A stretch of 64,000 bases of DNA from Heteronotia binoei. Taxonomy: Eukaryota. The DNA lies in NCBI RefSeq assembly GCF_032191835.1, contig NW_026800101.1, forward strand, positions 1-64,000, read 5' to 3'. Both the position numbers and the translations under genes were made by a program. The notes below the pieces were generated by a model, which was given only the letters and a program-made list of their open reading frames with translations, was not told the origin of the DNA and did not search any database. The stretch's first letter is position 1; each line of letters begins with the position of its first letter. This document shows positions 49,901-61,342 of this stretch, in pieces.

Positions 49901-50984
49901 CCCTAGGTTGATGGATTTTTACAATGATGTTATGCTGAGTTCATATTTATTTATCCCGCCCCTTCTTCACAGGCACTCAGAAAATACAAGAACTGCATTG
50001 CTGAATCAGACGAAAACACCATTATTCCAGCATCCTTTTATCAACAACAGCCAGCAAAGGAGCTTCTGGGTGCCCACAAGCAGGAGAATAAGCATCTTCT
50101 CCTATGGTCTAATATTCAGAGGTGTACTGGGAGATTCCAGTTAACTGTCTTGACTGACTACTGTTGATTAGGCCTCACAGTGAATTTATTTAATCTTTTT
50201 TTTTTCTCTAATACCATCTAAGCTAGTAGCCATCCTCACATTTTGTGGTGTGCGTGCTCCATAATCTCACAAACCCAAATACATGGTGCCGTCTCATGAA
50301 TATTTCAGTCAAGTCAGTCTGTGTCCATAATCATTCCTACCATCCTCCCACTCTTCAATCCTTTCATTCAGTTTTGGTGAATTTCATATGTTTTCTGCCC
50401 TCTTTGCATTTGTCACTTGTGTACATGCTAAGGTTTTTCTTTGCATGAAAGGGTTCTTAAAATCTGCCAGAACCAATCTCCAGAAACCCATTTCCAAGAA
50501 CCAAAATCAGGCAAACCTCTTTTTTCTTGGTTCAGTCTGCAAATCTCTGGCTCCTTGTTTTCTAAATATTTCAGGCAGTTGTTGTACCTGTCTGGGTGCC
50601 AACTTGCAAGTGGGCATAAAGTATGGCTTCTATGATTTGGCTCCTTGTGTGACATTTTAAAAAATCAGCAGGCCAATGTTTTTGTTCTTCTGAGGCTGGA
50701 CCAGCTGTTGTGTGAGGAATTAGTGCCAAGAGGCTTGTCATGTTGCATTTTTCAAGTTGTCAGGATTTATAGTGTATTTATTTCTTACACTAGAAGCTAG
50801 TGTGACACTTGTACATTGAGGTTCTCAAAGTATTACATAACCCCCTTTGGGATGAATTTGGAGGTTGCTGGCCAAATGCTTTGTTCATGATTGCTTTTGA
50901 AATTCTCAGTGAGGGCTTAATTTGAGCAAGGTTTAGCCCCGGACCTGTCTGAATTCTACAGTTTAATCCTGGAATTCTAGGAGG

Positions 50985-51475
50985 AGAGGTTGTGGCTCAG
51001 TGATAGTGTTGCTATGAAGAAGATTCCAGGTTCAGTCCTTGACATCTGCAGCTAAAGAGATCAGGAAGAAGATATTGGCTTTATACCCCACCCTATACTC
51101 TGTAAGCCACTCTGAGAATCAATCTCCTTTATCTTCCCCGCCACCCCGCACAACAGACAGCCTGTGAGATAGGTGTGGCTGAGAGAGCTCTCCTGGAAGC
51201 TGCCCTTTCAAGGACAACTCTGCAATCGCTATGGCTGACCCAAGGCCATTCTAGCAGCTGCAAGTGGAGGAGTGGGGAATCAAACCTGGTTCTCCCAAAT
51301 AAGAGTCCGCGCGCTTAACCACTATGCCAAACTGGTAGGTAATGTGAAAGACCTGCCCCTAAGACCCTGGAGAGCCACTGTCGCATCTAAGGCCCTGAAG
51401 AGCCCTGGAGATAGGACTGACTTTGATGTGTCAGTGGTCTGATTCAGTATAAGGCAGCTTCATGTGTGTTCAGCA
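50985..51475. mobile_element. Squam2-like SINE (+) interrupted by a long Squam3-like SINE (-, about 51068-51335)
   Basis: gagatcagg|aagaagatattgg...gccaaactgg|taggtaatgtgaaagacc. Confidence 0.8.
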
Positions 51476-51975
51476 TGTGAAGGGAATGGTCATCGATCAC
51501 ATGCATCTCAGCTCTTCCGCTGAGGAACTCACAACTACAACTGTTCCTTCAAGCAGTAGGTTGCATGTTTGAGTGGATGATCATAGATAAAATGTCTATC
51601 CCTCAAATAAGCTTTAAACACTTTTTTCAAATATCTATAGATCGAGAGCTAGAAAAGATCTCTCATTTGTCCCAGAATATACTTTTATCTGAGAATCCCA
51701 CTATATCCTGTTACCTGTTGCTATGGGTGAGGCCAATAAAAGGAGGGCATTGTCCAGCGTTGCCTGGATCCAGCTTCTGCTGAGAATCCCTGTCCCAAGG
51801 AATGTCTTATATTAAATCGTAATTGTAGTTTGTAATAGATTTTGATTGCTGTGAGCTGTTTCAGGAGTCAAATTTTAGCAGAAAAGTTTTATAAAGAAAT
51901 ATTCTAAGACTTAAGTCTATGTGGGAATCATAACTTCTAACCTACTAACCCACTTCTTACAATCAGGTTTGGGTT

Positions 51976-52290
51976 AAGAACATAAGAGAAGCCATGTTGG
52001 ATCAGGCCAATGGCCCATCCAGTCCAACACTCTGTGTCACACAGTGACCAAATATCTATATGTGTGTGTGTCTATGTATATAAATATATATACATAGACA
52101 CACACACACACACACACTGTGACTAATAGCCACTGATGGACCTCTGCTCCATATTTTTATCCAATCCCCTCTTGAAGCTGGCTATGCTTATAGCTGCCAC
52201 CACCTCCTGTGGCCGTGAATTCCACATGTTAATCACCCTTTGGGTGAAGAAGTACTTCCTTTTATCCATTTTAACCTGACTGCTCAGCAA
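51976..52290 (-). mobile_element. CR1 3' end (minus strand)
   Basis: Encodes LLSSQVKMDKRKYFFTQRVINMWNS...RSISGY*; 3' UTR ends at aagaacataagag. Confidence 0.93.
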
Positions 52291-52745
52291 GGGCTGGAGC
52301 ACTTTCCCTATGAAGAAAGGTTGAAACGCTTGGGACTCTTTAGCTTGGAGAAACGTCGACTGCGGGGTGACATGATAGAGGTTTACAAGATAATGCATGG
52401 GATGGAGAAAGTAGAGAAAGAAGTACTTTTCTCCCTTTCTCACAATACAAGAACTCGTGGGCATTCGATGAAATTGCTGAGCAGACAGGTTAAAACGGAT
52501 AAAAGGAAGTACTTCTTCACCCAAAGGGTGATTAACATGTGGAATTCACTGCCACAGGAGGTGGTGGCGGCCACAAGTATAGCCACCTTCAAGAAGGGTT
52601 TAGATAAAAATATGGAGCACAGGTCCATCAGTGGCTATTAGCCACAGTGTATGTGTGTATATAAAATTTTTTGCCACTGTGTGACACAGTGTGTTGGACT
52701 TGATGGGCCGTTGGCCTGATCCAACATGGCTTCTCTTATGTTCTT
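52289..52745 (+). mobile_element. CR1 3' end (plus strand), fused head-to-head to the previous copy
   Basis: Encodes GLEHFPYEERLKRLGLFSLEKRRLRGDMIEVYK...RSISGY*. Confidence 0.93.
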
Positions 52746-53047
52746 AAATCATTAATGAACCAGTTAAAGAGCATGGGACCCAGCACTGAGCCCTGCGGCA
52801 CCCCACTGTTTACCGTCTTCCACTGCGAAGACTGCCCATTTATACCCACTCTCTGCTTCCTATTAATTAGCCAGTTTTTGATCCACAAGAGGACCTGTCC
52901 TTTTACTCCATGACTCTCAAGCTTACTAAGGAGCCTTTGATGAGAAACTTTATCAAAAGCTTTCTGGAAGTGAAGGTAAACAACATCTATTGGGTCCCCT
53001 TTGTCCACATGTTTGTTCACCCCTTCAAAGAACTGTAACAGGTTAGT

Positions 53048-53424
53048 TGATTTCAAACAATTTTTATTAGTAACATATGGCAATATATTCAATTTCTTAT
53101 ATCATTAATAACTACTTTTTAAAATCCCATATATTACTTTCTACCTACCCCTCCCCCCTTTACTTGACCCCTGCTGGTGTACTAAATTCAAAACATCATT
53201 TTAAAAGGTACCCCTAATTAAAAAGAACCCAAGTTCATATCTTCCCCCCACTTATACTTAATCATTATCAAAGATTGTCCAATGTCCTTTTATTTTCCAT
53301 TCTTTTTCTCCGTATCTTCTGAACTTCTTCCACTCTATCTTAAATACTTCTAAATCATAGTCTCTTAAAGTTCTTGTTAACTTATTCATTTCACTCCATG
53401 TCATAACTTTAACAATCCAATCCC
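53048..53424 (-). mobile_element. L1-like LINE 3' fragment inserted into the CR1
   Basis: Perfect 20-bp TSD aagaactgtaacaggttagt (53028-53047 and 53425-53444); reverse strand encodes WIVKVMTWSEMNKLT...FKIEWKKF and carries AATAAA near its end. Confidence 0.85.
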
Positions 53425-53756
53425 AAGAACTGTAACAGGTTAGTGAGGCAAGATCTTCCCTTACAGAACCCATTCTGAGTCTTCCTCAATAACTTGTGTT
53501 CATCAATGCGCTTACTCATTCTGTCCTTGATAATGGTTTCTACCAACTTTCCTGGTATTGGAGTCAGACTGACAGGCCTGTAATTCTCCTCTGGAGCCCT
53601 TTTTAAAGATGGGAGGGACATTTGCTACCTTCCAGTCCTCAGGAACGGAGGCAGATTTCAATGAAAGATTATATATTTTTGTCAGGAGATCCACAAGTTC
53701 AATTTTGAGTTCTTTCAGAACTCTTGGATGTATGCCATCCGGACCTGGTGACTTAT

Positions 53757-54012
53757 GAGAGCCAGTTTGGTGTAGTGGTTAAGTGCATGGACTCATATCT
53801 GGGAAAACTGGGTTTGATTCCCCACTCCTCCACTTGCACCTGCTGGAATGGCCTTGGGTCAGCCATAGCTCTGGCAGAGGTTGTCCTTGAAAGGGCAGCT
53901 GCTGTGAGAGTCCTCTCAGCCCCACCCACCTCACAGGGTGTTTGTTTGGGAGGAAGATAAAGGAGATTGTGAGCCACTCTGAGTGGAGGGCGGAATATAA
54001 ATCCAATGTCAT
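53757..54012 (+). mobile_element. Long Squam3-like SINE inserted into the CR1
   Basis: Full head to tail; cttat duplicated at 53752-53756 and 54013-54017. Confidence 0.92.
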
Positions 54013-55559
54013 CTTATTAGTTTTTAATTCGTCGATCAGTTGTAGGACCTCCTCTCTTGTCACCTCAATCTGACTCAGGTTTTTCAACACCCCTTCCAAA
54101 ATTAGTGGTTCTGGAGCGGGCAAACCCTTCTCATCTTCCACAGTGAAGACGAGGCAAAAAATGCATTCAGATTCTCAGCCATTTTCCTATCCTCCTTCAG
54201 TAATCCTTTTACTCCTTGGTCATCCAAGGGCCCCACTGCCTCCCTGGCTGGTTTCCTGCTACTATTATATTTGAAGAAATTTTTATTGTTGGTCTTTATA
54301 TTTTTTGCAATATGCTCCTCATAGTCCCTTTTTGCCTGCCTGATCACAGTCTTGCATTTGATTTGCCACAGCCTGTGTTCCCTTTTATTAATCTCACTTG
54401 GACTAGCTTTCCACCGCTTAAAGGAGTTCTTCTTACCTTTTACAGCTTCCATTACTTTGTTTGTTAACCATGCAGGCCTTTTCTTATACCTGTTTGTGCC
54501 TTTCCTAACTTGTGGTATATATTTTATCTGAGCTTCTAGGATTGTAGTTTTAAATAGCCTCCAAGCTTCCCCAAGAGTTTTGACTGTATTTACCTTTCCT
54601 TTCAGTTTCCTCTTCACATGCCTCCTCATCTCAGAGAATTTACCCCTTTTAAAGTTAAACATGGTTGTGCTGGTCTTTTGGGGCAACTCCCTATTTATAC
54701 AAATGGTAAAATCAATAGTGTTATGGTCACTGCTCCCAAGCAGTGCAATCACTTTTACATCTCTCACCAAGTTTTGGGCATTACTTAGGACCAAATCCAG
54801 GATCACCCCACCCCTGGTAGGTTCTATGACCATCTGCTCCATAGCACAGACATTGAGAGCATCTAGAAACTCAATCTCTTTCTTTCGACCTGAACACATA
54901 TTGATCCAATCAATCTGCGGGTAGTTAAAATCACCTATTACAACACAGTTTTTACGTTTAGCCACCATCTTTAATCCTTCCATCATATTATAATCGTCCT
55001 CTATCTTTTGATTGGTGGGCGATAACAAACTCCCATAGTTAAATTTCCTTTTGGGCCCTCTATTTCGACACAAAGCATTTCTAGAAGGGAATCTAATTCT
55101 CTGACCTCTGTCTTACTGGACTGTATACCCTCTCTGACATACAGAGCCTCCCCACCTCCATCCCTTCCCTTCCCTATCCTTCCGATATAACTTGTATCCA
55201 GGAATCACCGTGTCCCAATGATTCTCCTCATTCCACCAAGTTTCTGAAATTCCCACAATGTCTATGTTTTTCCCCAGCACTAAATATTCCAACTCACCAA
55301 TTTTACTTTGAACACTTGGTAAGCTTGGGTTGGTAAGCTGTGCTCAATACACACTCAGAGATGCCTTGTTCATAAGTTCTCTGAAGTAGTATAGTTTGGA
55401 GCTGGTGCAACTTAGTGGCTAAGCTTGTGAACCCTGAACTGGGAATTCTTATCCTTCCATCTACAATAGCGGGATAGTAAGACTGATCTACCTTGATGGC
55501 ACATTATCTGAGAAAGTTAGTTTTTAAATACCTGGGCAATCAAAAAGGCTGGTTGCTTC

Positions 55560-55650
55560 CAAGGTTTGTTACATCTGATGAAGTGGACTGCGGCCTATTA
55601 AAGCTTCATGTTGCAGTACATTTGCTTTGCCTTTATAGTCCCACAAAAAA
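55560..55650 (+). mobile_element. Penelope-like end with degenerate hammerhead core
   Basis: catctgatgaagtggactgcggcctattaaagcttcatg. Confidence 0.45.
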
Positions 55651-56689
55651 CTTCTAGGTTTATTGAGATAATATCTAGTAAGTTACAAAAAGTTATTTGT
55701 AAATGATAAATATTGCTATATTATAGTTTCCAAATATATACTCATTATGTTTTATTCTGACCTAGGTTTTCCTCCCCCTTCAGCAGTCTCTCATCTAAGA
55801 GATCAGTCTGTTTGACACTTACCCAGCCTCATCAGTTCTGCAACACCAGATGTTCCCAAATGGGCACCATTATTAATGGCACTGAAAAAAGCTTATGGGG
55901 CCAAGGCCTGCCTGGAATTAAGTCCTTACTCTGGCTGTAGTTTACGTGGTCAACAGTGACTTTGTGAACATGTACCTGACATATTTTTATACTAACCATA
56001 CTGTGGTGAGGGCTGATTACTTCTAGGTAAATACTTTGCAGAAAGGAAATATCTCCAGTTTCCTCTTGAATGGGGGTGGATGGAAAATGAAACACTGAAT
56101 GGGATAGATAAAGACCCTAGGAATGGAACCGTTTTGTTGGCAATGTTCAACAAACAAGATTTGGGGAGGGTTGTGGGAAGCAAAAATCTTTGGCGTTCAT
56201 TCTAACAGCCATGGAAATGGAATGAACAAAGCAAAAGGAATCTGAGAAGCAGAAATAGAGATACTGTGTACAATAGAATATTTTTTATAAAAAAATACAA
56301 AAAAGGAAAGCGTTAGCTCATGTGGCTACATTTGAAAAACGCTGTGCTTTTCAGATACCCTGGCTGGGAAGAGAACCAAGACTGACCAAAATAACACAGG
56401 GATTCTAAGGCTGTCTGTAAGAATGGCATTAATTGGATTTACATCAGAAATTGCTTTTGCATTTTAATTCCGAAAGGCAGCAATCCAGAACTAATTTACT
56501 GCAGAGCAGTCCTGTTAAAGCCATTTGGACTGCTCCGGAAGGAAGAGGGTTGTGGATTTATAGTGGATGGCGTGCAACATTTTCTCAAGAGGCAAGGAAA
56601 TGGAAAAGGGACCTGGGTGGAAGTGAGAATATAATGGAAGAAAATGAGACCATTGGGTAGCTCTTTTATTTTTCCTAACAGGGGTCCCA

Positions 56690-56875
56690 CCTGAAATTTC
56701 CATGCTTCGGCGGGGAGGGCGGGATATAAATACGAAAAATAAATAAATAAATAAGTGTACATAAGCTGAGAAAAGAAGCCTAATACAAGACATTAAGGGC
56801 ACATGCCCACCAAAGTCAGCAGAGCCTGCTTTGGCAGGGAGGGCGGGATATAAATCAAATCAAATAAATAAAGTT
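56690..56875 (+). mobile_element. Two tandem L2-type 3' tails
   Basis: ggcggggagggcgggatataaat...aaataaa occurs twice; reverse complement of the tail at 35820-35860. Confidence 0.75.
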
Positions 56876-57124
56876 AGGCACTTCAAAGTCCCAGTGATTT
56901 CACTGGGCAAGTTCAGCCAGAAAAATAAGAATGCGCTTATGTCTCTCATGCTTTCCAATGTTTCACAAGTGAAAACAGGGACATATTTATAATACACTTA
57001 TTTTTGTATCAAGGATTGCTGCCTGAATTGCCTCTCAACACACATCATTACTCCATGCGGAAGGTGCCTGTTATATGTCGATGTTGTAACTGGTTATTCT
57101 TCAGTAGCATCTGGATGGGGACCC

Positions 57125-57236
57125 GTGGTAGTCTGCAGCTACAAAATAAAACTAGTCCCTTGGCACCTTAAAGATTAAACAAAATTTGTTTCAGCGGATG
57201 CTTTCATGAAACAGAGCTCACTTCATCAGATGCATA
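57125..57236 (-). mobile_element. Penelope-like end with hammerhead core
   Basis: Reverse strand gcat-CTGATGA-agtgagctctgtttcat-GAAA-gcat...ctttaaggtgccaagggactag. Confidence 0.65.
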
Positions 57237-58140
57237 AGAGTGCAGATCCATCAGGTCCAATTTATATAGACAACAGAAAGGGGAGGAGGTATGTTTCAGT
57301 TATCTGATAATGAATACTAGATTCGAGGCATCTTTACTGTTAAAATTATACTACAAAATCATGATTCTTACAGTATGTTAGCTGTTTGAAATACATTTAA
57401 GCAACTTCAATGCATGAAATGGCAAACTGTGCTCAGCCTGGTGTCATGTTTTTACCCACATGGGCATTGGGACCAGTTGTGTCCAGTTCCCAGAGATTTA
57501 ATTTCCAGAGATCCTTAGGGTGACTGGTGAACATTTAAGGAGGACAAACCTAAGTTTCTTGCATGAATAACATTTTAACATGGAATCCACAGAAGGCAAA
57601 AATAGGGGCAGCTTACAAAGATCAGATACCAGAAAACAGTAGCTGTCTATTGTGGATGGAAATAGCATGTGCTCTCTCCTACTGAAATCCATGGGATTTA
57701 CAAAACACACCACTCAGATGTTATGTCTCACAGTCATTGTTGGAGCTTGTTCCCCAGTAAATGTGTTTAGGAGTTGTAACTGAGTTGGGTCTTGTTCCAA
57801 CTCTTTAGCTGAAGACCATCAGGATTTTTTTTTCCTTAAGATTAATTCATATCCTATTTGTTCTGCTTTAATTAAGATTCCTTATTTCCAGGGAGATGAG
57901 AATTTAGTAAAAATAAATGTGAAACTGAGGGGGAAATGAAAGGGAAACATTAGCAGTTCACATTAATAATGCATACATTAAAAGACTCTTGGGAAAACAT
58001 ACAGTGTAAGTTTAAAACCTCTTTCTAAAATGGCAAAATATGAAGTGTTCCCCCATCCCAGTTAATAAGCCCCAGTGTGGAATAGTATCTGTGCTGTGGA
58101 ATTAAGCTTCCTGAGAATTTCAGTCTTCATGTCTTTTAAG

Positions 58141-58412
58141 AAGACTGCAGATTTATACCCTGCCCTTCTCTCTGAATCAGAGACTCAGAGTGGCTTACAA
58201 TCTCCTATATCTTCTCCCCCCACAACAGACACCCTGTGAGGTGGGTGGGGCTGAGAGGGTTCTCACAACAGCTGCCCTTTTAAAGACAACTCCTACGAGA
58301 GCTATGGCTAACCCAAGGCCATTCCAGCAGCTGTAAGTGGAGGAGTGGGGAATCAAATCCAGTTCTTCCAGATAAGAGTCCACACACTTAACCACTACAC
58401 TAAATTGGCTCT
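58141..58412 (-). mobile_element. Long Squam3-like SINE
   Basis: Reverse complement of 53757-54012. Confidence 0.9.
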
Positions 58413-59929
58413 TAAAAAAAATTGCAGACTCTTAGTCTTCAAGGATGCATGGAGATTTGTTGCTGGTACAGAGACTCTAGTTTACACATGTGCAGAGGCT
58501 CCTTTGCACATCATAAGAACTTATTTGTTCACTTCAATGGAGGGGATGATATAATCCATGCACAGGGAAGCAAATTCATGGAAGTGAATGGGGAAACCAC
58601 ACCTGCACGAGAGTTCCATGTAGGTAACATGGTAAGATGAGGCCCTGAATCAAGATGAGCAAGCAGAAAAGCCTGTCTTGTTCTGAAGATGTAGCAGGGA
58701 AAGACTTCTGTGTGGGCTCAGGCATGGATGGATGGATAAAGGCTCAGGATAAAGAGTTTGTATGCCATCTCTGCTGTGAGCCCTTAAGATACAAGTAGGA
58801 GAAAATTAAAATAAAGAAAATGGGCAACATTGGGTGCTGAACCTTACAGGTCCCTAATCATTCTGTTTTTACAGTCTGCTGTAACTGGACGAGCTATCTT
58901 ATAGACACTCTGGACTTGCAATTCATAGCTGTTGTAGAGTTGCGGCGGGTATGTTCTAGGTTACACTCAGTGTGTAAGGGGCTGTGATGAGGCCCAACAA
59001 TGCTGGTCAGGAACTTTTGCATACAGTGTATATTTAAAACACTTTAAAAGTCCTGCTCATCTTATCAAGTGTCTTGTTTCCCCATGGTCAGCTGGATGTG
59101 TCTCTGAATCCCACAAGGAGGGTATGAAAGCAGTAGCCATTTTTACTGATGCCTATACTCCAGAAGTGGTGTTCAGGTGTTTGCTGCCTCTGATTGTGGA
59201 AGTTCTGTTTAAATGGCTACTAACTACTGATAGGCTACTCTTCCATGAATCCCCTTTTCAATTAAGCCAGTTGCCATCACTGTGACCCATCGCAGCAAGT
59301 CTCACTTAACTATTTTTGTTTTGGGAAGGGGTACAATTCTCTGTCCCAAACCTACTTCCAGTCCCTCCCAGAATCCTCTGTATTCTGCAACAAGCAAAGC
59401 TTCGGGGGAGGAGGAGAGAGTTCAGTGTGCCAGAAGTTCCATGAAAGTAGAAAATTTGAAAGCCAACACACAACGGTAGAGAGAAGGATCTAGCTTTCCA
59501 GTTCTCCATGTGGAATCATGTTGCACATAATGACTTTTATGTTTGGTTCAGTTTTGTATTGATTTGTTGCAATTGCTTTGGGCAGTGGTGTCACTTTGCT
59601 TGAACTTGGCATTAGAATGGTAAAATACGGATGAATCAAGATAATATTTTAAACTGGGATTTCATCCCAACTTTGCATGCTTACTTTTTTGTGAATGTGC
59701 CAATGGACACAGGTGGATCCAGATGAATTTGGAGGGCACCCTCAGAGCATATCCCCAGTGTCCTGGTCACGAATGTTCCTGCTTATTGGGGGGGAAATGT
59801 TTTTGCTTGTGCAAGTTTGGCTTCATCTTCTGCAACCTTAATAGAGGTTTTGCTTTGATGAGTCGGAACATGAATCCTTTCTCCTGTTCTTTCTTGTTCA
59901 AGGCTGCATGAAAAAGGGCTGTACCTTAA

Positions 59930-60400
59930 GCAATTGCTGAGGGTGGGGGAGAGAAGGGAAGCATAAAAACCAACGACTGCCCTGGGATTCCATCTAATGC
60001 CGCCTATAAAAAGCAGCGTTTCAATCGCAATCTGAGAAGACAAGCAGAGGTCTGCCAGACTCAAAGTGTTTCAAGAGAACTGATTGCTTGTATTTATAGA
60101 AAGACAATTCATTTTTACCAGGCAGATTGTTCGTTTGCTGCTGCCCTATTAAGTCTGTCGTACGGCTAATAACTACTCTGCGATGCACACTACCCAGATT
60201 CATTTTGATAGCACATTTTAATCTTTTGCGGCTCAGGCCTTTGCAACAGCTCAATTAGGAGGTTTCAGGCTCCCCCTAGTGCCGTTTCCCTGCTTCTGGT
60301 GTGGGCTCTATAGTAGATGCATTTGAGTCTGTACTGGATACCGGCAGCATGAGATTTGGCCGGCTGTTTTAGAACGCCGCCACTGGTGCCTGCTTTAGAC
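59930..60400. promoter_or_regulatory. Candidate conserved non-coding element
   Basis: Unique sequence with unusual CpG retention and several TAAT/ATTA homeobox cores; no convincing exon. Confidence 0.4.
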
Positions 60401-60857
60401 CTCTTTGTCAAAATTCACTTCTTCTTAGTACAACGCATGTACTGCACTGTCTCCCAGGGCTTACAAGCTTACCTTTAGGATTTCCAGGTTCAGGACTGGA
60501 TATGGTGATCCACTTGTGCAAGGAGTATGGCTATTTTCTTCTCCCCTGGCAGCCCCTTCCAACTCTGGGGAAACTGATTTCTGGTGTCAGAGGACCCACA
60601 TGGAGTGATAGTTGTCAAAATTGCTTTTCCTGCCTCTTCCATTGGCTGAGCTTCACGGAAGATGGGGAAGGAGGCAATTTTTCTCACTGACCCACATGGC
60701 TATTGTTCTTTGCAGGTCCCACAATGCTGGGAATCCACTTTTCTGGGGTTGGAAAGGACTGCTGGGGAGAGGGGAAGGCTGGGGAAAGTGTCTTCCACTG
60801 ACATGTCATTGGATCCAACCTCCAGAGTTTGAGAGTCAGACTGATCTAACATATACC

Positions 60858-61342
60858 CAGGACTTTTTTGTAGAAAAAGTCCAGCAGGAACTAATTTGCA
60901 TATTAAGCCATGCCCCCAGAACCAGATTAACAATTAGGCCAAGTAGGCACTGGCCTATGGGCCCCCATACCTTTAGGGTCCCCGGACCAGCCCCCCCCCC
61001 TGTTTCCCCCCTGCTTGCCATCCTCCCGGCCTGCACGCACAGCCAGCAACTGAGCTGCTCTTTGCCCAACTTGTTTGGCGCGGCTGCTGCTGGTGTTGTC
61101 AGCAAGTTTGCCCCTCTCTGCCTCTCCCTTGCAGCTTAGTAAAAGGGGCTTTTAAGAAGGTGGCTGCAGCGGGGTCTGTGGGTGGCATGATCAGCACTCA
61201 GACTCAAATAATTTGTGAGGGGGGGCCCAAGATTTCAACTGCCTAGGGGCCTCCACAGGGTTTAATCCGGCACTGCATGTCCCCTGACACCAAGCCAGCC
61301 AGAACTGCATTTCTGTGTGTTCCTGCTAAAAAAAAAGCCCTC
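60858..61342. mobile_element. CAGGGC-family MITE with a nested hAT MITE (60917-61275)
   Basis: Inner TIRs cagaaccagattaa/ttaatccggcactg; TSD catgcccc/catgtccc. Confidence 0.8.

Larger units (their letters stand above)
52746..55318 (-). mobile_element. CR1 LINE ORF2 (APE endonuclease to RT, disrupted)
   Basis: ORFs with [66 protein letters not shown]; broken by stops, an L1 fragment and a SINE. Confidence 0.95.

Noticed and set aside
54102-55073. 323-aa ORF, the longest in the track
   Set aside because: It is CR1 ORF2 endonuclease/linker sequence, not a host gene.
60472-60511. Minus-strand cassette with AAG|gtaagc donor
   Set aside because: It overlaps the degenerate end of a TAGGGTTGCC-type MITE and has a weak AAG acceptor.
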